A DNA stretch of 64,000 nt from the human T2T-CHM13v2.0 reference genome, Homo sapiens. Below are positions 55,541 through 64,000 of this stretch, one piece after another. The position numbers were made by a program, and so were the translations under genes. The notes under the pieces are model-generated. The model was not told the DNA's origin. It was given only the letters and a program-made list of their open reading frames with translations, and made no database searches. The DNA is taken from assembly GCF_009914755.1 (NCBI RefSeq), contig NC_060947.1; one strand, given 5' to 3'. Position 1 is the first letter of the stretch. Each line of letters begins with the position of its first letter.

Positions 55541-56437
55541 CAGCAGGTGTATATGCTGAATAATGTTGTTTTCTTCAACATCATTTTGTTTTAACATTGA
55601 TGAGGGGGAAAAAAAAACAACTAAAACGATTCCTGGCCAGAGCCACTGTCTGTGTGGAGTTTGCACACTCTCCCCATGTATGTGTGGGTTTTCTCGGGTA
55701 TTCCAGGGTACTGCGCTTCCTCCCACATCCCAGTGCACGTTAGGTGAATTGGCGTGTCTAAATTGTCCCAGTGTGAGTGAGTGTGGGTGTGTATGTGAGC
55801 GCACCCTGTGATGGAATGGCATCCTGTCCAGGATTGGTTCCTGCCCTGTACCCTGAGCTGCTGTGATAGGCTGTGGCCACCCTTGACCCTGAACTGAAAT
55901 AAGCAGATTGAAAAATGAATGAATGGATGGATGGATGGATGGATGGATGGATACAAAGTACTGTAAAATAAAAATTTGTCAAGTAGTTGATAATCATACA
56001 AATGCACAATAAACTATGAGGTAAGAAAGTGCTCATCGAGCTCACCATATTCGTGATTGTTTGCTTTTGAACTGCATGGTGGTAGGGAGGTGCTCCTTAC
56101 AATTTTCGCTTTGCATACATTTATTCCTTGATTCAACCCACCACCACTTCCACTGCTGTCACTCACTGGTTCACCAAAGGTTAGGTAATTATTTACTTGT
56201 TTTCATTAATCTTTCTATATGTATGCATAGCTCATATTTATTTCAATGTTCAATATCAGAAGTGTTTTGGGTCTTTATTTGGAAGCTGGGTGATGTTTTG
56301 TGACCAGAAATATGCTGTAGGAACTTAGCTCTTGTTTATATTAATTAGCCTGTGGTAAAATTGGTTTTGTTATACGTTGTTTCACTTAGTCCCAGTTGCC
56401 AAGGACCTACCAATGATGTTAAATGAGGACCTACTGT
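55541..56437 (+). mobile_element. MER6 DNA transposon (carries a V-SINE-like core) with an internal (GGAT)n
   Basis: CAGCAGGT...GACCTACTG termini; TGTGTGGAGTTTGCAC.TTCTCCCCATG...GGTTTTCTC core. Confidence 0.8.
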
Positions 56438-56618
56438 ACTACATAATTCACTTATTTATTGTGTTTATTTTTGTCTGTGTCCTCTCACTAGGAGGTAAGC
56501 TCCCCAAGGGCAGGGATTTGTTCTGTTTGTTCTGTTTTATTTTGTTTCCTGCTATATCCCCAAATCCTACAACAGTGTCTGGCACACAGCAAGTGTTCCA
56601 CGCATATTTGTTGAATTA

Positions 56619-56958
<340 letters not shown>

Positions 56959-58439
56959 CTAATACCTAGGTCAAGGTCTTGCACAGAGCAGGTGCTCAAT
57001 GAATATTTGCTGAATTGAACTGAGATGTAAATTCTGCAGGAGAACTTAGAATAGACCTGTCGTACTAGAGTGGTTCACAGCGTGGACTCTGGAGTCAAAT
57101 AATCAGGATTTGCATCCTGATTCTGTCACTTCCAGCTGTGTTACCTAGCTGTGTTAACATCTTTGAGCCTCAATTTCTCATTGGTAAAATGAAGATAATA
57201 ATAGCATCAGCTTGGTAGGATTTGGGTTTGCGTGTTATGCACTTAGGACTTTGTAAAGACCCAATAATTGGTAGCTAAAAACAAAACAAGAACTGCAAAA
57301 AAGATAGTCTTTCTTGTATGTCATCCTTCCTCCATTCCCCCGACAAGCTGAGCCAGGAGAGGGTAAGGAGATGTCCTTGGACAAGTATTCCTAAGCTCTA
57401 TTCCAGACCCATAGAAGGGTTTCTCTCTCTTCAAATCCCTTCTTACCTTTTCACCTGTCCTGGACTTTCATCTTGATATCCTGAAGTTCCTTCCCCCATC
57501 ATAACCATGCAGGGGTGGAGTGGAGGAGATAGGGGTTTGTGGGCCAGGGACAAGGACTTAGAGCTTTCTGTTAATCCCTGTTCTAGGGTTGAGTTCTTTA
57601 CTGGTGATGGTAGAAGGTCAAGTGTGAGGTCACAGTAATTTCAGGGCCTAGAGACTGAGAGAACAATAGTCTTGTGTAGGAGGCATTGACAGGACAGCGG
57701 GCCTCATATGCTGCCTTCTTCTTTGGTCCCCTGTAAGAGAAAGCACCTCCCTCACCCTGCTCCAACGTCCTTTCTGTCCATCCTGCTACCTCGTCTTTAC
57801 TTCTGGTGGCCCCAGCTCAGAGCAAGCCTGGGGACCCATTGAACATCTCCCTGCAACTCCCTCTTGGAAGTGGGGTGGGGTGGAGTGGGCAGAGGACAGG
57901 CTAAAACTGGCGATATAAGGGCACAAGATCGGGTGCCTGAGCTTTCTGGTGGCCCACGTCCTCTGCCCCCGCCCTTAGAGCCAACAGTTCCCTAGAGATT
58001 GGGGGAGCTGGGGCTGAGCCTGGGGGCGCCGCTGCCTCTGTTCCTTTAAGTAGCCGCTGTTTAGCATTCCTGCCGCCGCCGCTGCCGCTGCCGCTGCCTG
58101 CCTCTGCGCGCTGATTGGCTGGAATCAACTGAGAAGGGAGCCAGGGAGAGATGCTCTTGACTCCACTCAGATCCATCCTGGGGACCAGAGCAGAAGCGGT
58201 CCTCACAGCACCCATTCTCTGCTTGAGCTCCCGCTTCTTCTTTGCCGCTGGGCCTCGGCCCAGAAGCCACGACGGGCGACACGGAGCCGCCAGTGCTGGA
58301 GGGGGAGCCGTGGGTGCGGGGCAGCGTGGGGGCCGAGGCCCCGGGACGCCCGCCCGGCCCCAGGCCCCGCTCAGCCCGGGCGCCCCCACGGGTGCCCCCC
58401 CCTTCTTGGTCCGAGCAGTGTGAGTGTGCCAGGGAGCCC

Positions 58440-58478
58440 GGCGGCGGCGGCGGCGGTGGTGGCGGCGGTGGCGGCGGC
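58440..58478 (+). repeat. Interrupted (GGC/GGT)13 trinucleotide repeat in the DLG3 5' leader
   Basis: (GGC)5(GGT)2(GGC)2GGT(GGC)3 read directly. Confidence 0.95.
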
Positions 58479-58526
58479 GTGGAATCCGGCGTGGGCTGGG
58501 GGGTCCGAGCCGCGGGGGGCAGTGCC

Positions 58527-58883
58527 ATGCACAAGCACCAGCACTGCTGTAAGTGCCCTGAGTGCTATGAGGTGACCCGCCTGGCCGCCCTGCGGCGCCT
58601 CGAGCCTCCGGGCTACGGCGACTGGCAAGTCCCCGACCCTTACGGGCCAGGTGGGGGCAACGGCGCCAGCGCGGGTTATGGGGGCTACAGCTCGCAGACC
58701 TTGCCCTCGCAGGCGGGGGCCACCCCCACCCCTCGCACCAAGGCCAAGCTCATCCCCACCGGCCGGGATGTGGGGCCGGTGCCTCCTAAGCCAGTCCCGG
58801 GCAAGAGCACCCCCAAACTCAACGGCAGCGGCCCCAGCTGGTGGCCAGAGTGCACCTGTACCAACCGGGACTGGTATGAGCAG
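58527..58883 (+). CDS. DLG3: DLG3 (SAP102) exon 1, MHKHQHCCKCPECYEVTRL...CTCTNRDWYEQ
   Basis: Characteristic His/Cys-rich SAP102 N-terminus; CAG|gtatgg donor; 357 nt. Confidence 0.97.
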
Positions 58884-59039
58884 GTATGGACCAGCGGAGG
58901 GGGGAGCGGTGGGGCAACCCAGGAGGGCTGGAGAGTGGGGGCCTAGAGGCCTGGGATGCAGTAGGGGTCGCTGGGGCTCCAAGCCTGTGGACCCCGAGCC
59001 CTAGCATTGCAGCTGGGCAAAGAGAGGCGGTGGGAAATG

Positions 59040-59740
59040 TGTGGTTCCCTGTGTGTGTCTGTTTGGGGGTCTCCATTAGAAGACTGGGAGGAGCCGTGTG
59101 TCAGGGGGTAAGGGCATGGCGGAGGGGCACATTTTCCTGTGTGGGGGAATTGGGTTTGTCTCAGTGTGGGGGTTTGGCAATGTCTCTGTGTCTGGCAGGG
59201 GGCGGGAGGTTCTGCGGGGGCTGTGTGTGGTGTGTGTCTCCACCGGAGGGGAGGGGAGGGGGCATGGTGCTCTGCGTAGGGGGGACATATGTGTGTGTAT
59301 GTATGTTGGGGTGTGTGGAGGAAGGCAATGGAGCTGCCGTGAATCCGTGTGGAGGAGCCCATGTGCCCGGCTCGCTGAGCTTCATCCCTTGATGCCATGA
59401 GTCCCTCTCCGTCCCAGTCCCTTTGTGTGTGAATGTGCACATGGATGTGTGGAGATGTCACTCTGAATGTGGAGAGGTCTCTGTAGAGGAGGCTGCAGGG
59501 ATGGCTGTGTTTGTGTGTGTGGCTACATGTATATGTGTGTGAGCATGTGGCTGCAAGAGTGTGCACGCGTGTGCCTGGTGTGTGTGTGTGAGTGTGTGTT
59601 TGTATGTGTTGTCTCTGGTGAGAGGCGCTTGACAGGCAAGGGAGGGGAGAGGAAGGAGGCGAGAGACATGTCCCAAGCAAGGCTGAGAGGCTGCTGAGAA
59701 GGACGGACTCTTTTGTCCAAGCAGCTCTGTAGTGTGTGTG
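59040..59740. repeat. GT/G-rich low-complexity tract in DLG3 intron 1
   Basis: Many (TG)n runs and G-tracts. Confidence 0.75.
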
Positions 59741-61904
59741 CCGGGGTGGGGTGGCGGGGGGCGGGGGGAGATTTGAAGGAACTGAAGCAAGCCTCCTCGC
59801 TCTAGAGCAGGCATGGTGCCTGGAGCCGGCAAGGGGCAGCTGCCCTGGTGCAGAGACTGGCCCCAGTGGGGCATGTCCCCCTTGGGTACCTCCAGATGTG
59901 AGAGGGCTTAGCCCCCCAGCCCTGACTTGGCACAGCTTGGGAGCCCCTGGGTGCTGGGCACAACTCCGGCTTCCACTCCCAGCCTAAACTGCCAGCTTAG
60001 AAAATGGAAGGAGCATCTGTGGGAGAAGCAGCAAAATGGAGGCTGGGCTGGCAGAGCCAGGTCCCTGGCACGCAAGGCGGAGGGCCTGTCTGGTTATCCG
60101 GCTCTGCAGCTCCTAGGGTGGGGAGAGAGGAAGAGGAGGCTTTGCTGTCGAGGGCAGGTGATGACTTCCCCAAGCTGGTGACCGTTCTGGCTGCCTCTGT
60201 CCTCTGGGGATAGGATGTGCTCTCACTCAGAGGCAAAGGTGGGGACTTCCTGGGGAGAAGAGCCCTCAGTTCTGGCCTTCTGTCTGTCCACACTTACTGC
60301 TTTCCCACATCCCTTGCCTTGGCCTCTTGCCCTTTCCAGCGAGTCCCTCTCTCTCCTTTGCCCCCTCTCTGTCCTGGAGGCCTTTCTCTCGCAAACACCC
60401 TCTTATGCTTGTCCTGCCCGGCTGGGAGACAGGTGGCAATCCCAGGCTGGGCCAGTTGGCCAAGGTTTCTTTGCCAGGGCTGATCCCTGGATGGCTCCTG
60501 GCCCTGAGAACAAGGTCCTTGAGTAGGGGTGGGGGCTAGAGCGTGGACCACTGGGAACGGGAAGCCTCTGGGTACCACTGGGGCTGGGCTTGAGGCATGG
60601 CTTGTCACATGTGGGCACACATGGTACACCAAATGCACACAAGAGCCACATGGGTGTCCCTTTGCTTATGTGTCTGTTGCATGGTACTTAAGGCAGCTGT
60701 GTTGGTTTCGGGTCTCTAAGGAGCCTTCAGTTCTTCTTCCTGGGGTCACAGACCAGGGTAAGGCTGTAGCTGGAGTCCTCCCACCAACTCCCACAGCTGC
60801 AGAGCCAGCCCAGAAATGGTGGAGGCATGATGAGCTAGTCCTCTCTCCCTCTCCTCCTCTCTGCTTCTTGAAGCCAAAGCTGTGTGGGGTGGAGGTGGGA
60901 CGGGGGAAGCACAGCAGGACATGTGGAGGAGCCCCCACCCTGGTTTCCAGCTCCCCACTTCTGAGGAGGAGGCTAGAGGTCAGGGAAGGGACAACATAGC
61001 CAGAGAAAGGTGGGGGAGGGGTGCCAGGGTACCTGGGGAGACAGGCAAGAGGGCTTCTCCATTCTTGGAGGTGAAAGTGGGAGCCAGCAGGCAGGTGCTG
61101 CTTGTATGTCCAGAATCACATTTTCACTTGACAAATAGATACACACATGTCCTGTCTGGGAGGCCATCTCTGTGGGTTGGCCAAATCACCCCTGTGTTTC
61201 TGACCCCTTCCCTTGCCTCTTCTTGCATGGCTACTACATATTGAAAACCATGGACTCTGCTGCCAATCAGCCTGTGGGTCACCAACTTCTCCCTCATGGG
61301 GAATCTTGTCTACCCTGCTCCAGTCCCACCCGTGGCTTTGTCTCTGACTCCTGACCAGATCCCACCCTCGCCCTTTCTGCTGGGAAAAACAAAGGGCTCA
61401 GAATCAAAAATCCTTTGGTAGAAAATGGATTAGGACTTTGACTCCTTCTGCCTATTTGAGGAATTGGGTTCCTGGAGTCCAAGAAAGAGGTATAGAGTGA
61501 AGACTCACGAGGTGCTCCAAAGTGGGGCAACTGTCCTTTTTCCCATGAGCTCTGCTGGGGTACGGGGATGAGTGACCAAAACATCAGTGGCCTTAAGAGC
61601 TTACTGTAATCAAAAGAACACCTGGATATCCTATTGCTCTGTCACTAATTCCCAGTGTGCCCTTAGGCACATCCCATGTCTTCTCTGGGCCTCCGTGTCA
61701 CCTACTGTCACATAAAGGGGATAGGACAAGATGATGTCTGCTGTCCTTCCAGTTCGGACACAGTGGGAGTCTATGATCCCCCAGTCAGGGAGAACTGTGG
61801 TTCAGAAGGGGAAGGGTTATCTGTCTAGGCCACTGGGTATCCCCTATGGACACTGGGTGTGGCATGGTTTGCCTGCCATGCTCCATCTCTGCCATCCCCC
61901 TTAG

Positions 61905-61958
61905 GCCAGGCCTGCACCCCTCCTAGTGAACCCTGAGGCACTGAAGCACAGCCTCTCG
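61905..61958 (+). CDS. DLG3: DLG3 alternative cassette exon (I1-type insert), ARPAPLLVNPEALKHSLS
   Basis: ccccttag| ... TCG|gtgagt, 54 nt, phase 0-0; resembles the rodent SAP102 I1 insert and the PSD-95 PPVIVNTD segment. Confidence 0.78.
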
Positions 61959-62237
61959 GTGAGTGCACCACTGGCTGGCTCAGTCTCAGACAATTGATCT
62001 GGGCTAAATGAGCAGCTTGGTTTGGGCTGATATGGTTGGAAGCAAAGCAGGGATTGGTGGGGTGAGTGAGGAGCGGCCTCTTCCAGGTCAGCCTGTCCTC
62101 ATCTGTGGCCAAGAGGTGACCTGGGGTGCACTTGGGCTCTTCTACTCTGTGGGAGTAGGGGAGGAGGCAGGTTGACTAAGGGGCAGATGGCTGGAAGGGC
62201 AGGGGGCACTAAGGGAACTGCCTGTGTCTCCCCCTAG

Positions 62238-62288
62238 GTGAATGGCAGTGATGGCATGTTCAAATATGAGGAAATCGTACTTGAGAGG
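62238..62288 (+). CDS. DLG3: DLG3 exon, VNGSDGMFKYEEIVLER
   Basis: cccctag| ... AGG|gtgagt, 51 nt, start of PDZ1. Confidence 0.95.
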
Positions 62289-62683
62289 GTGAGTCTGCCA
62301 GTGGGGAAAAGCGGAAAGGGAAGGAGAGGGTTGGAGCCAGGATAAGGGAGACCCCTGAATCATGGTTTCAAGACCCATGGGGGGACCTGCATTTAGAGGA
62401 TGGTGAAACAGCGGCCCTCAGAGGCTGCTTCACTGCATCAATCAATCAACCCACTAACAAATATTAACTGACCTTGCTCACTGAGGCCTGGGGAATTGGG
62501 GAGGGGATGGGTTTCCCAAAATGATCAGCAGAGGCTGGGTGTCTGACAAATGTGCCCAGCCTGCCATGGCCCCTTCTGAGGCCTGGAGAACTAGCTCTGG
62601 GATATAAGGGGAGATGAGGTACCCAGAACTCTCCTTTGTGCCCTCAGAGTGAACAGACTGTGCCTTTCCACCCACTTCTGCAG

Positions 62684-62808
62684 GGCAACTCTGGCCTGGG
62701 CTTCAGTATCGCAGGTGGCATCGACAATCCCCATGTCCCTGATGACCCTGGCATCTTTATTACCAAGATTATCCCTGGTGGAGCAGCTGCCATGGATGGG
62801 AGGCTGGG
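62684..62808 (+). CDS. DLG3: DLG3 exon, PDZ1 [17 protein letters not shown]...AAMDGRLG
   Basis: GLGF loop; ctgcag| ... GG|gtgaga, 125 nt. Confidence 0.96.
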
Positions 62809-63014
62809 GTGAGATGGCCTGGAAGCAGGGTTGTGGGTGGCAGGGACAGGATCGAGATGAGGGGAGGAAAGCCTGCCTGGCAGGATGACCCTTCCATTAG
62901 ATCTGAGGGCGGGGTGGGAGGGCAGAGGAGGGGAGGACAGAGAAGTGGGAGGAAGCAGGAGAGGGGGTGGAGGGGTAGGGGCACAGTGTCATGCCTCTCG
63001 GGCTTCCCCCACAG

Positions 63015-63184
63015 GGTGAATGACTGTGTGCTGCGGGTGAATGAGGTGGACGTGTCGGAGGTGGTACACAGCCGGGCGGTGGAGGCGCTGAAGGAGGCAG
63101 GCCCTGTGGTGCGATTGGTGGTGCGGAGGCGACAGCCTCCACCCGAGACCATCATGGAGGTCAACCTGCTCAAAGGGCCCAAAG
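63015..63184 (+). CDS. DLG3: DLG3 exon, [29 protein letters not shown]...LLKGPK
   Basis: cccacag| ... AAG|gtgcgg, 170 nt. Confidence 0.96.
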
Positions 63185-63493
63185 GTGCGGCCCTCCAGGT
63201 TCCTGTGCTCCAGCCAGAGCCTTAGGCCCCAGATCCCATCTTGCCCCATAGGGAATTGGAAGGGAATGGCCTTACTCCTTGCCTGACTCCCCCTGTTCCA
63301 ACTCACAGCCTACTTTTTTGACCTCAGGCCTCACCCTTACTCATCTCAGGATGGCAGCTTAGCGTTTGGATCCCCCGGGGGGAGCTCCTGTGGGGCCAGT
63401 GGGTTGGCTGGGGGAGGGGGTTTGGATTTGGGATCGACAACACTTTAACCTCTCCTTGTGGCCCTCTCCCACCTCCTGCTGGCTCCCGCTCAG

Positions 63494-63630
63494 GCCTGGG
63501 TTTCAGCATTGCTGGGGGTATTGGCAACCAGCACATCCCAGGAGACAACAGCATCTACATCACCAAGATCATTGAGGGGGGTGCTGCTCAGAAGGATGGA
63601 CGCCTACAGATTGGGGACCGGCTGCTGGCG
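63494..63630 (+). CDS. DLG3: DLG3 exon, PDZ2 [46 protein letters not shown]
   Basis: cgctcag| ... GCG|gtgaga, 137 nt. Confidence 0.96.
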
Positions 63631-63963
63631 GTGAGACAGACTTCATGGGGATGCCCAAATGGTAGGGTAGGGAGGAGGAGCTCCAGTACCCCTTACTCCG
63701 CCTAAACCTCACTCAGGGATGAGGCATCATGGGGGAATTTCAAGAGTTATCATCTGTGTTGTGTTTGCCCAGATACAAAGGCCCTAATTCTTTCTGTGGC
63801 CAGGGTCTTGCCCTATCCCCTACCTCCTGCCTCTGCTCCTCACAGCACTATACTTGGGCCTTTGTTAGCATGCTGTTGAATTTCACTGAAAAGGCATCCC
63901 TCGAGTTCCCTGGAGAAGCCTCTCCTTCTTCCAAGTCCCAGCCTGAGGCCTCTCCTCTTCTAG

Positions 63964-64000
63964 GTGAACAACACCAATCTGCAGGATGTGAGGCACGAGG
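63964..64000 (+). CDS. DLG3: DLG3 exon (runs off window), VNNTNLQDVRHE
   Basis: cttctag| acceptor; continuation of PDZ2. Confidence 0.93.
   Translation, partial: MNNTNLQDVRHE

Larger units (their letters stand above)
57900..58900 (+). promoter_or_regulatory. DLG3: DLG3 promoter / 5' CpG island
   Basis: GC/CpG-rich, GC box near 57966, inverted CCAAT (GATTGG) near 58113, (GCC/GCT) repeat 58071-58097, directly upstream of the DLG3 ATG. Confidence 0.85.

Noticed and set aside
55640-55900. Fish-like V-SINE sequence suggesting foreign or horizontally acquired DNA
   Set aside because: It is the known internal portion of the MER6 transposon, bounded by MER6 termini.
58943-59874. His/Thr- and Cys/Val-rich ORFs in DLG3 intron 1
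   Set aside because: Translations of (TG)n/(CA)n low-complexity sequence.

Overview
Human-type (primate) genomic DNA; gene order and sequence match Xq13.1. Three intron-containing genes lie on the + strand. (1) The 3' half of KIF4A (chromokinesin): 13 coding exons from 1 to 33585 give 547 codons plus stop, and the 3'UTR carries AATAAA at 34127 and 34181. (2) The complete GDPD2/GDE3 gene: 15 coding exons from 38305 to 46398 sum to 1620 nt (539 aa), with a 153-nt Alu-derived cassette exon. (3) The 5' part of DLG3/SAP102: ATG at 58527 through PDZ1 and most of PDZ2, with a 54-nt cassette exon. Introns and intergenic DNA are dense in Alu, L1, L2/MIR, CR1/L3 and DNA-transposon relics and include a Y4 RNA pseudogene. 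The least explained stretch is a ~3.3-kb repeat-free intergenic module (46.7-50.0 kb). It holds an orphan CpG-island promoter (ZNF143, ETS/YY1 and GC-box motifs), divergent CTCF-like sites, a palindromic RFX X-box and minus-strand exon-like segments. Other notable items are a stop-free, in-frame, polyglycine-encoding leader upstream of the DLG3 ATG, a 72-bp templated insertion inside an Alu, and a tail-to-tail L1 pair nested in a Charlie transposon. Repeat subfamily names are from recall of consensus sequences and repeat boundaries are approximate.
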